Below are positions 1 to 7,848 of a stretch of 29,606 bases of DNA, piece after piece. Positions within the stretch are counted from its first letter, which is position 1. Every line of letters starts with the position of its first letter. A model generated the notes under the pieces. It made no database searches, had not been told where the DNA came from, and saw only the letters and a list, made by a program, of their open reading frames with translations. The stretch lies in the IMG/VR virus record IMGVR_UViG_3300049999_000407, positions 1 to 29,606 of that record; one strand, 5' to 3'. This DNA is from a virus (Duplodnaviria; Caudoviricetes). A program made the position numbers and the translations under genes.

Positions 1-71
1 AGGGCACACTGGACGACTCATCGCCAACCAAATACTGCACCAATGGCACGGCGCGTGCCAAGGAGACGGAG

Positions 72-335
72 GTGAGTGCGCCCATTACCGCCGCTTTATT
101 CGTAGACAAACTAAAAAAAGACCCACTATGGTCTGCCATCTACGGGGCAATTGGGTGGAAAGTGCTCGCAGATGAGATGAACGGAGATATTACAACCGGG
201 ACCGACTACGGATGGCACGACGTACTAGGGTGCACTATCAAGCAGTATAGTCTAGTTACGTTCCCTGACCAGTCATGGGTAGAACTTACTAGGTGGGGTG
301 ATGTTGTTAAATTTGGAGAAAGGCATGAAAGATAG
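72..335 (+). CDS. Hypothetical phage protein
   Basis: AGGAG at 61-65 before GTG; the frame is also open back to the window edge, so the start is uncertain. Confidence 0.65.
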   Translation: MSAPITAALFVDKLKKDPLWSAIYGAIGWKVLADEMNGDITTGTDYGWHDVLGCTIKQYSLVTFPDQSWVELTRWGDVVKFGERHER

Positions 336-546
336 ATTTGATGCGTGCGGCGACTACATAGTCAGTGGAAACCTGCTGAACCAGTTAGCCCAACACAACG
401 AGATTCTAGCACAGCGAAAGTTAACACCGGAGGAGGCGTACCAGATGAGCCACCTTATCGGGTTCATATTAATGGAAGCTAACACCTTAGGGGAACTAGA
501 CGGGGCTGATATTCTTAATAAAAAGATCGACAAATTAATGGGGTAA
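325..546 (+). CDS. Hypothetical phage protein
   Basis: GGAG at about 315 favours ATG 325 (MKDRFD...) over 298; overlaps the upstream stop. Confidence 0.7.
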   Translation: MKDRFDACGDYIVSGNLLNQLAQHNEILAQRKLTPEEAYQMSHLIGFILMEANTLGELDGADILNKKIDKLMG

Positions 547-550
547 ATTC

Positions 551-1003
551 ATGAGCGACAAACCAAAGCATGCCTCAATGGTGGGGCTTACGCACACTGT
601 TGGATGGTGGGAAGAGGGACCAGTATCTATGCCCGACGTACGAATCTTGTTATGTCGTACCCAAAAGAACCCCGATTACTGGCAACCCGTCGGTGGCGGT
701 GCACTGCCTGGGGAAACGTCCGTCGAGACCGCAGTGAGAGAAGTCGGGGAAGAGGCGCGACTCATCATAGACCCGCGCGACCTGATACAACGGGACAGTC
801 ACCCGTCGAAGACCGGCGGAGTAGTTAGTTTCTTTACGACTGAGATATCTAGCGTACGTCAGTTGTGGGATATAGAGATTCAACTGAGTAAATGTCCTGA
901 GTTACTAGATACTCAGGTGTGGGCGTCAGTCAACTGGATGACACTCAAAACTATGCCGGGGACTACCCTGTTCCTGAAAGAAATAATAATGGAGGGGGTA
1001 TGA
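551..1003 (+). CDS. Nudix hydrolase
   Basis: Nudix box G-GALPG-E-TSVETAV-RE-VG-EE-ARL fits GX5EX7REUXEEXGU, with R in place of the last G. Confidence 0.9.
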   Translation: MSDKPKHASMVGLTHTVGWWEEGPVSMPDVRILLCRTQKNPDYWQPVGGGALPGETSVETAVREVGEEARLIIDPRDLIQRDSHPSKTGGVVSFFTTEISSVRQLWDIEIQLSKCPELLDTQVWASVNWMTLKTMPGTTLFLKEIIMEGV

Positions 1004-1344
1004 AAATAGAAAAACGCGTAAAGAACGCCGACGTTCGGCATTACGTGGATAACAGGTTACTGTTTGAAACGTTCAAGATAGCAATCTACAGCAGTTTTGT
1101 TGGGTGGACCGATGAGAAGGCAAACATGTTCGTAGTGTATAGCTACGGCCCCCATTTTCCTATGTATGTTAACGATGCAGAGGCGGGATGGTTCGGGACT
1201 ACGGATAAGTATTCGAGAACGACGTCAAAGCACCAAACCATCTCAAGACCTACAGCACCTATACAGGACATACCCCTAGACGAAATGAAGAAGCTGATAT
1301 TTGAGGGGAGTTACGCCAAGTACTGTGCTAAACGATTACGGTGA
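1000..1344 (+). CDS. Conserved phage hypothetical protein (VYSYG..HFP / KYSRTTSKHQ motifs)
   Basis: GGAGG SD and ATGA overlap with the Nudix stop put the start at 1000; motif recalled from phage early proteins. Confidence 0.75.
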   Translation: MKIEKRVKNADVRHYVDNRLLFETFKIAIYSSFVGWTDEKANMFVVYSYGPHFPMYVNDAEAGWFGTTDKYSRTTSKHQTISRPTAPIQDIPLDEMKKLIFEGSYAKYCAKRLR

Positions 1345-1392
1345 GTAATCACCACAACGTCCGTACTGGACATTTTTCCAATGGAGGAAAGT

Positions 1393-1587
1393 ATGAGCAA
1401 GAAAGAGGCACGAAGAATTGCAATCACAACAGGTGTGTTACGCCTATCGGGTGGTTGGTTTATTAAGAAAAACCATGAAGCTCTATGGGAATTAGCCCAC
1501 CCATCTCATGGGATTAGCACGACTCATAAGGATTTCACGGGGGTGTGGAACGCGTCAAAGGAGGCCGATCATGGCATGGCTAAGTGA
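1393..1587 (+). CDS. Hypothetical phage protein
   Basis: GGAGG at 1383-1387 precedes ATG 1393 (MSKKEARR...). Confidence 0.7.
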   Translation: MSKKEARRIAITTGVLRLSGGWFIKKNHEALWELAHPSHGISTTHKDFTGVWNASKEADHGMAK

Positions 1588-1798
1588 GAAAGAGTTCAAA
1601 CGTTATAACGCGTTTGAAAACAAGCTCATCCAACTGCGCACAAGCATCAGAGAGGCTAAACACCAATCACAACCTACTGTGTTTTTCTGTGGTGGATGGT
1701 TAGTTGTTGAGCTAGCCGAGAAGATTCTGGAGGAGTTAACCAACAGCCCTAAGAAAGGTAGACCCGGGGGCGGGGCCGGTAGACCACGGGGATCGTAA
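1571..1798 (+). CDS. Hypothetical protein with AT-hook-like C-terminal tail (KKGRPGGGAGRPRGS)
   Basis: AAGGAGG SD before ATG 1571 (MAWLSEKE...); two GRP motifs at the C-terminus. Confidence 0.7.
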   Translation: MAWLSEKEFKRYNAFENKLIQLRTSIREAKHQSQPTVFFCGGWLVVELAEKILEELTNSPKKGRPGGGAGRPRGS

Positions 1799-1812
1799 TT
1801 ATTTTTTCAACC

Positions 1813-1830
1813 TCAGGTGGTAACACCTGA
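1813..1830 (+). promoter_or_regulatory. Perfect 7-bp hairpin with GTAA (GNRA) tetraloop just upstream of the AAA+ gene RBS
   Basis: TCAGGTG-GTAA-CACCTGA; AGGAGG follows at 1838-1843; no U-tract after the stem. Confidence 0.5.
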
Positions 1831-1852
1831 AACAAACAGGAGGCAACATGCC

Positions 1853-2866
1853 ATGCCAAGTATCAATCAAGTAATAGAAGTAGCAACAAAAATCCTGAAA
1901 ACGGCACCTAAAGCAGTACCGTTTTTTGTGGGTAAGCCCGGGATGGGGAAATCAGATGGGTCCGTCCAAGTCGGAACTAACCTAGGGATTCCCAAAGAGC
2001 GGATTCTTGTGGTTCACGTTAATAACCATGACGTGGTGGATTTCACCGGTGTTCCATCTGTAGTGGAGGGGCAGACAATCTTTAACCCTACGGCGATGTT
2101 CTATAAGTTCAGAGAGGGAACGGGTCCGGGTCTTATCATTATGGAGGAGTTACCTCAGAGCACGACTCATCATCAAACGTGGGCGGCGGGTTTTATACTT
2201 GAACGTGAGACACCAACGTTCAAGCTAGATCCAGAGGTGCGCATCATCGTAACGGGGAACCGTGTAGAAGATAGGGCGGGAGCTAAAAAGCTCTTATCCC
2301 ACCTTAGTAACCGTATGTATCACTTCGAGATGGAGACGTCGCTCGACGATTGGTGCGAGTGGGCTATGACGCACGGCGTTGACCCGATGGGGATAGCGTT
2401 TATGCGCTTAAGACCTCAACTGCTTAACGACTTCGACCCGAACCGTCAAGTTAACCCAACCCAGAGAGCGTGGACGCAGTTGTTCACCGAGGTTCCAAGG
2501 GACTTACCTAATGACCTGTATATGTATGCAGCCGAGGGTAAAGTTGGTGAAGGTGCGGCGGCTGAGTGGGTAGCGACACGGGACTTGATGGGGAAAATGC
2601 CTAGCATTGATTCAATTAGGCTCTCGCCTGAGAAGGTCGAAGTTCCTACGGAGCCTGCTGTTAAGTACGCAGTAGCGACGGCGTTATCTATGACCACAAA
2701 CCCTGATGCTTTTGAGCGGGATATGAAGTACATCTCACGTATGCCTAAGGAGTTCCAGATGGTGTATGTGACCGATGCCCTGAGACTTCACCCAAAACTA
2801 ACTCAGTCTACAGATTTTATCGCTTGGGCTGTGGCTAATAAAGACATATTCATGGGAGGTAACTAA
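1853..2866 (+). CDS. MoxR-like AAA+ ATPase
   Basis: Walker A GKPGMGKS, Walker B LIIMEE, sensor-I IIVTGN, arginine-finger region LSNR; a VWA partner lies downstream. Confidence 0.9.
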   Translation: MPSINQVIEVATKILKTAPKAVPFFVGKPGMGKSDGSVQVGTNLGIPKERILVVHVNNHDVVDFTGVPSVVEGQTIFNPTAMFYKFREGTGPGLIIMEELPQSTTHHQTWAAGFILERETPTFKLDPEVRIIVTGNRVEDRAGAKKLLSHLSNRMYHFEMETSLDDWCEWAMTHGVDPMGIAFMRLRPQLLNDFDPNRQVNPTQRAWTQLFTEVPRDLPNDLYMYAAEGKVGEGAAAEWVATRDLMGKMPSIDSIRLSPEKVEVPTEPAVKYAVATALSMTTNPDAFERDMKYISRMPKEFQMVYVTDALRLHPKLTQSTDFIAWAVANKDIFMGGN

Positions 2867-3092
2867 TGATACAGGTCGAATTTACCCTAATAGATGGGGA
2901 TCCACTAACTCTGTTCCTAAGTAACAACGTCGCCGTTTGCCCCGAGTACTACACCAGTGAGGGGCAAGATAAAAAAGGTGCGCGAATCAAAGATGGTGTG
3001 CACGACCAACGGGGGTGGGTGGTTACAGAGCCTTATCAGGTAGTAGTTAACAGCATAAGTGTAAAGCTGAGAGGCAAAGGAGGTAACTAATG
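2855..3092 (+). repeat. 14-bp direct repeat GGAGGTAACTAATG (2855-2868 and 3079-3092) flanking a small ORF
   Basis: Exact duplication of an SD + TAA/ATG overlap junction. Confidence 0.9.
2866..3090 (+). CDS. Small hypothetical protein (74 aa)
   Basis: GGAGG SD and TAATG overlap with the AAA+ stop. Confidence 0.75.
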   Translation: MIQVEFTLIDGDPLTLFLSNNVAVCPEYYTSEGQDKKGARIKDGVHDQRGWVVTEPYQVVVNSISVKLRGKGGN

Positions 3093-3123
3093 TCCATAAA
3101 CCCCACCCAAAAAGGAGAAACTG

Positions 3124-4149
3124 ATGGAAATCAATGACTTACTGGCTAATGCCATAAAGCAAGCAAACGAGGTGAGAGTGGTAGACGACTCATCACCGCC
3201 ACAACGCACCCCTGAGGAAACTAAGGAGTGGAACAAGGAGTGCGACATAGCTATTGAGGAAACGCTAACTGACGTACCACCTGAGTTAAAGGTTAAGGGC
3301 TTAGATGAAAAAGCCGTGCTGATAAGTGTCAAACGTCGCATGTATGCACCGTACAAGTTAGACCAAGAGGAGAGTAAGCAATACGGTGCGGGTAATGTTA
3401 ATAAGCATCTGTTTGAGGGACGGAGCAACCGAGTAAAGGAAACCATTGGGAAATTCACAGAGGTTTATACGTACGTTAAGGACAACACGGTGCCGTGGGC
3501 TACGGGTGTAAGAATGTTAAATATAGACCACTACTTCGATTTTACCGGTGGTCTTCGTCCGTTAATAGATAGCGCCGTTGCGGCAGTAGCAGACCTACAC
3601 ATCCACTGGGACTATGAGGTTAATGCAGACTTAGCTCGTTTGGCGAAGATAGCCCTAGCGAAAGGGAAGCCGAACCTAGCCAACCCTGATGACTACCCCA
3701 CCGCCGCAGAGATGCGGGATAAGTTCGGGATAGATGTTAGGTACATGCCAGTGCCAACTACGGGGGACTTTAGAGTGGGGATATCCGATGAGGATAAACA
3801 AACCCTGCAGAACCAACTCTCTGATGCTGAGGCTAATGCGGCTACCCATGTAATAAAAGAGATGTTGGCCCCCATGAAAGACGCGATTGAGAAATTGTCT
3901 GTGCCTATCGGGGATAAAGGTTCGGTGTTTAGAGATACGTTGATAGATAACATAGTCAACGTGGCTGAGCGTATGAACAAGGTCAACTTAAGTGATGACC
4001 CAGATGTACAGGAAAGTATAGACGACCTGCGTAGCTTGGTACACACCTACGCAAACAACAAGGACGTGTTACGTAGCTCACAGTCAGTACGTGAAAAGGC
4101 GGCTAATCAGATAGAGGATTTGGTTAGTCAGATGTCAACTTTAGTGTAG
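3124..4149 (+). CDS. Helical protein of the AAA+/VWA module (DUF3150-like, tentative)
   Basis: AAAGGAG SD; largely helical 341-aa protein with DYPT...RDKF and FRDTLIDN motifs; lies between the MoxR ATPase and VWA genes. Confidence 0.65.
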   Translation: MEINDLLANAIKQANEVRVVDDSSPPQRTPEETKEWNKECDIAIEETLTDVPPELKVKGLDEKAVLISVKRRMYAPYKLDQEESKQYGAGNVNKHLFEGRSNRVKETIGKFTEVYTYVKDNTVPWATGVRMLNIDHYFDFTGGLRPLIDSAVAAVADLHIHWDYEVNADLARLAKIALAKGKPNLANPDDYPTAAEMRDKFGIDVRYMPVPTTGDFRVGISDEDKQTLQNQLSDAEANAATHVIKEMLAPMKDAIEKLSVPIGDKGSVFRDTLIDNIVNVAERMNKVNLSDDPDVQESIDDLRSLVHTYANNKDVLRSSQSVREKAANQIEDLVSQMSTLV

Positions 4150-4158
4150 GAGGAAGAA

Positions 4159-4587
4159 ATGGGGTACAGGAGTGAGGTAGCTATACGGTTGTACGGGAAA
4201 GAGGATGAAATGGTGGCCCTTGTAGCATCTGAGAAGATCAAAGGGAAACCGCACGATACAACGTCGCACCCATTAGATCCGACAATGGACGACTGGGCGT
4301 ACGACAGCTATAGATCGTTTACGTACGACGAAGATGGGGATCCGTTCATGATGATTGCGTACGACCTAAGTCAGGTGAAATGGTACCCATCGTACGGCGA
4401 AACCCAGTATTGGGAGGCGTTAATGGAGATAGTAGCAGGGCTGAAGAACTCCGTGAGTTGTGAGTTTGTTCGTATTGGAGAGGAGACTGAAGATATTGAA
4501 ATTGCGTATAGAGGGGATCAATGTAGAGAGTATTTACACCCATCATCAGAGATAGTTGACGAAGGACCTAAGGAGGCCACATGGTAG
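4159..4587 (+). CDS. Acidic conserved phage protein (MGYRSEV / FVRIGEE motifs)
   Basis: AGGAGG SD; overlaps the next gene start. Confidence 0.8.
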   Translation: MGYRSEVAIRLYGKEDEMVALVASEKIKGKPHDTTSHPLDPTMDDWAYDSYRSFTYDEDGDPFMMIAYDLSQVKWYPSYGETQYWEALMEIVAGLKNSVSCEFVRIGEETEDIEIAYRGDQCREYLHPSSEIVDEGPKEATW

Positions 4588-5714
4588 ACCAAGCTGAAAT
4601 TGAAAGAAAGGTAAGCAAGGCTAAGGCGTTATTGATCTTAGACCACCCGTTCTTTGGGACGACCGTTAGTAGACGCCCTATTACCTACACAGATACAGTA
4701 CCAACGGCAGGTATGTCGGCGGTGGGGCAGATGTACATAAACCCTGTATTTGTGGAACCGTTAACAGTTAAGAACATTATGTTTCTGTTAGCGCATGAGG
4801 CGATGCACTACATGTTATGTCATGCGTTACGTATGCAACACCGGGGGCATGAACCGTGGAATGTAGCTTGTGACAAAGTCATTAACGACACGTTGGTAGA
4901 TGCCGGGGTTGGGGATTTTATTGATGGGGGTGTGACCCTGCACGACGCACGTAACTACGCGGCGGAAGAGTTGTACGACGAGAACGATACCGAAGGCGGT
5001 GGTATCGGTCCTGATATCGGTCCTCCTGTAGATGGTAACGGGCAACCGCTAGACGACTCACAGATACACCAACTAGAGTCTGAGGCGCGGATAGAAACAA
5101 TACAGTCCGCTAAGGTTGCAAAGGCAAAAGGCAAGTTACCTGCCTCTATTGAGCGAATGGTTGAGGAGATGTTAGAAGTCAAAACCCCTTGGCATGAAAA
5201 GCTTGAGAGGTATATGCAACAAAAGGTCAAGGATGGGTATTCATGGAACAAACCTAATCGCCGGTTCGTCGGAGCGGGTGTGTATCTGCCAGGATACGAC
5301 TACGTGCCTAAGATGGGGCAAGTTGTTCTAGCTATTGATACTTCAGGTAGTACATGGGCAGACTTACCGGGGTTTAATGCGCACATGAATCGGATACTAG
5401 ATGTGTGTATGCCTGAGAAGTTAACAGTAGTGTACTGCGACGCCGCTATTCCGGAAAACGGGATTGATGAGTTTACCCCCGATGACTTTCCAGTGAAGTT
5501 GCGTATGCCCGGTGGTGGTGGCACTGCATTTAAGCCTGTGTTTGATTGGTTGGCTAACTACGACGAAGAAGTGGAGTGCTTAATATATTTCACGGACGGC
5601 TGGGGGGATCAGGACACGTTAGAAGACCCGGGCGTAGATACTGTGTGGGTAACCACTGATTACGAAGAGGGGTTCACTTTTGGAGAGGTTCTTAAAATTG
5701 AAGGGGAGGAGTAA
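4581..5714 (+). CDS. HExxH putative metallopeptidase plus VWA domain protein (DUF2201-like)
   Basis: LAHEAMH in the N-terminal half; MIDAS DTSGS, GGGGT and YFTDG in the C-terminal VWA domain. Confidence 0.9.
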   Translation: MVDQAEIERKVSKAKALLILDHPFFGTTVSRRPITYTDTVPTAGMSAVGQMYINPVFVEPLTVKNIMFLLAHEAMHYMLCHALRMQHRGHEPWNVACDKVINDTLVDAGVGDFIDGGVTLHDARNYAAEELYDENDTEGGGIGPDIGPPVDGNGQPLDDSQIHQLESEARIETIQSAKVAKAKGKLPASIERMVEEMLEVKTPWHEKLERYMQQKVKDGYSWNKPNRRFVGAGVYLPGYDYVPKMGQVVLAIDTSGSTWADLPGFNAHMNRILDVCMPEKLTVVYCDAAIPENGIDEFTPDDFPVKLRMPGGGGTAFKPVFDWLANYDEEVECLIYFTDGWGDQDTLEDPGVDTVWVTTDYEEGFTFGEVLKIEGEE

Positions 5715-5717
5715 GAC

Positions 5718-6263
5718 ATGGCAATACATGCAAACGTACACAACGCATTCGAAATAGCTAAAGACAATGCGGTATCACACATTGAGTTAAAAGTATCCAC
5801 GTCACGGTGGTCTTCTCGTAAGAGAAACATTGTCACTAGAGCAATCACGCACGGAGTAGCTATATGCGGTTACGACACAGGGCGCTTCGTAAACGACTTA
5901 CTCAGAACGTACGGTCTAAAAACAGAATGTATCAATACTTGGAGCTCAGCTATAGCGGCAGGCTACATAAACCCCGACTTGCTTGAGGAGTTATACGCAT
6001 ATACAGCGGCGTTACTAAAGCTATCAGGGGACGTCAGCGGTAAAGGCTATGGCTACAATCGGGGGTGGAGCTTTTTAAATGATTTGGACAAAGGGAACAA
6101 GCCAAATTACATACCGCTACCCGAAGGGTTAAACAAAAGGGAGCAGGAAGAGTTTCTTAAGAAGTACGCCCGGAAGATTGTGGGTGCAGAAAAGAAGAAG
6201 CGGGATGAAATAGTAAATTTAATAACTAACGGTCAGGTAATGACCATTACGTACGAAACTTAA
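5718..6263 (+). CDS. Hypothetical phage protein
   Basis: GGAGGAG SD; 181-aa ORF in the operon. Confidence 0.8.
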   Translation: MAIHANVHNAFEIAKDNAVSHIELKVSTSRWSSRKRNIVTRAITHGVAICGYDTGRFVNDLLRTYGLKTECINTWSSAIAAGYINPDLLEELYAYTAALLKLSGDVSGKGYGYNRGWSFLNDLDKGNKPNYIPLPEGLNKREQEEFLKKYARKIVGAEKKKRDEIVNLITNGQVMTITYET

Positions 6264-6275
6264 TAGGAGAAAGTC

Positions 6276-6992
6276 ATGGGGTATGTAAGAAGAACGCAAC
6301 GACTACTTGAGGAAGTCGAAGACATTGTAGGGTCTATGAGGGATAAAGAAATTGGAACTTTACCCGCTATGGAGAAACCGGAGATAGGGTCTAACGAGCA
6401 CAATGACCTATGCACTTTTATAGAACACAAGGTATGGGGTATCGCACTCCCACTGAAGGACAAAGTACCTAAATCATGGATAACTACAGAAAATAAGTTG
6501 GACATTTACATTGAGGAGAACGGGAGCGTAATATTTCCCGCACCGACGACTCATCAGTCACATATAAGTATAACCACAGAGCCTAGTCGACCCTTTTCAG
6601 GACCTCCTAAGAAAGAAGATGGCTCTGACTTTAGTAGGTGGGGTACATATTCATTCCAAGCGGACGACTCATTACCTACGTCGATGCGCACCTGGATAAC
6701 TGAGTACACCGAGAACGAGCGGAAGAAAACAGAAATCAGGGATAGGTTTAACGGTATTAAAGACCAATTAATATCTTTCCTAATGACTCACGCATCGCTC
6801 AACACAGCACTCAAAGAAATGCCCGAGTTGGAGATGTATATAAGTGCTGATGACTTAGCCAAGGTACGCACGAAAGGCAAGACGACTCCGACGGTTAAAG
6901 TAGTAACTACTGTCGAAAAGCTAGCCATAGATATTGACGCGTTAACACAAGCCGCCGTCGCCTACCGTATAACAAGTGCAGGAGATAAATGA
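6276..6992 (+). CDS. Hypothetical protein, possibly Nmad5-like
   Basis: AGGAG SD; C-terminal FLMTHASLNTALKEMPELEMYI resembles the conserved ...xPE... helix of Nmad5 (recalled, not searched). Confidence 0.55.
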   Translation: MGYVRRTQRLLEEVEDIVGSMRDKEIGTLPAMEKPEIGSNEHNDLCTFIEHKVWGIALPLKDKVPKSWITTENKLDIYIEENGSVIFPAPTTHQSHISITTEPSRPFSGPPKKEDGSDFSRWGTYSFQADDSLPTSMRTWITEYTENERKKTEIRDRFNGIKDQLISFLMTHASLNTALKEMPELEMYISADDLAKVRTKGKTTPTVKVVTTVEKLAIDIDALTQAAVAYRITSAGDK

Positions 6993-7150
6993 TGAATAAA
7001 TACATAATTGATCTAACGGGTATCTATATAGAAGACTGGGATAACACCACCATACTGATTGAATGTAACGGTAACGTGGAGGCTATCCCGTTTGATAAAG
7101 AGGACATAGTCCAAACAATAATTGATGAAGAAGAGGTGAGCGATGAATAG
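6989..7150 (+). CDS. Small acidic protein, 53 aa (MMNKYIIDLTGIYIEDWDNTTILIECNGNVEAIPFDKEDIVQTIIDEEEVSDE); not in ORF track
   Basis: AGGAG SD, ATGA overlap with the upstream stop; fills the gap exactly and overlaps the next start. Confidence 0.75.
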   Translation: MMNKYIIDLTGIYIEDWDNTTILIECNGNVEAIPFDKEDIVQTIIDEEEVSDE

Positions 7151-7397
7151 AAATGAATTATTTCAACGCCTATCAGGGCACTTTTTATCTGAGCATTTGC
7201 CTGAAAACTGGCATGAAATGTCGGAGAAAGAACTGTCGGATTTTATATCAGAGAATCCATGGGAGCCGCTAGAGCATTTAAACGCGGACGATATATTCGG
7301 GCTGATTGATGTGCTAACCACTGATGTAGAGGCAATAATAGATGGTCGTGAGTTGGATCTGCTAGGAGAAAAACGAGAGGAGAAGAGCGATGAGTGA
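7143..7397 (+). CDS. Small acidic hypothetical protein
   Basis: GAGGTG SD; 8-nt overlap with the upstream gene. Confidence 0.8.
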   Translation: MNRNELFQRLSGHFLSEHLPENWHEMSEKELSDFISENPWEPLEHLNADDIFGLIDVLTTDVEAIIDGRELDLLGEKREEKSDE

Positions 7398-7773
7398 AGA
7401 GAAACCGGCCGAAGAAGGAAAGCTATTCAAATGGTTAAAAAATTGTCCTTATCCGTGGAACTGGCAGGTACATAAGTCCTATGATAGTGATTACTTCACT
7501 ATAGGTTTCTTTAATGAGCGAGGTGAAAACGATGAAGCGCTGAGAGATGACACTTCTGTAGACCCGAGTGGCGCGTACTACATCCTTGCAAAAGAGGGCG
7601 ATACTTTCCTTGTAGATAGATTCTCCGCTGAAACTGAAGACGAGGGAAGCTGTTGGACTGATGGTCGTATTTTCGGTACTGAGCACGAGGCTAGAGTTTT
7701 GATGGAACTAGTGAAACTATCTAGTAAGGCGTTTAATGAAAATTGGGTAGAGGAGAAGAACGATGAGTAAAGA
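7376..7773 (+). repeat. Near-perfect 25-bp direct repeat (7376-7400 and 7749-7773, 23/25 identical) at gene junctions
   Basis: AGAGGAGAAGAGCGATGAGTGAAGA vs AGAGGAGAAGAACGATGAGTAAAGA; looser copies at 7133 and 7520. Confidence 0.85.
7390..7770 (+). CDS. Hypothetical protein (possible fusion of two small cassettes)
   Basis: GAGGAG SD; internal junction-like sequence at 7520-7535. Confidence 0.75.
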   Translation: MSEEKPAEEGKLFKWLKNCPYPWNWQVHKSYDSDYFTIGFFNERGENDEALRDDTSVDPSGAYYILAKEGDTFLVDRFSAETEDEGSCWTDGRIFGTEHEARVLMELVKLSSKAFNENWVEEKNDE

Positions 7774-7788
7774 AGATCGCGATCTGCA

Positions 7789-7821
7789 CTTGTTTACACG
7801 TTAACTCAATAGAGTAATAAT
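7789..7821 (+). promoter_or_regulatory. Candidate operator CTTGTTTACACGT overlapping a weak sigma70-like promoter (TTTACA-N17-AATAAT)
   Basis: Motif shared with spacers at 10557, 14300 and 15846; the -10 is imperfect. Confidence 0.4.
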
Positions 7822-7848
7822 AGGGCCTTACACAATAGGAAGGAACCA

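Noticed and set aside
5003-5024. TATCGGTCCT duplicated in the peptidase-VWA linker
   Set aside because: Short slippage repeat in a low-complexity linker (GIGPDIGP)
7133-7773. Junction repeats as a CRISPR array or integron attC sites
   Set aside because: Spacing is irregular and gene-sized, the repeats are non-palindromic SD/start sequences, and there are no attC R/L boxes or integrase
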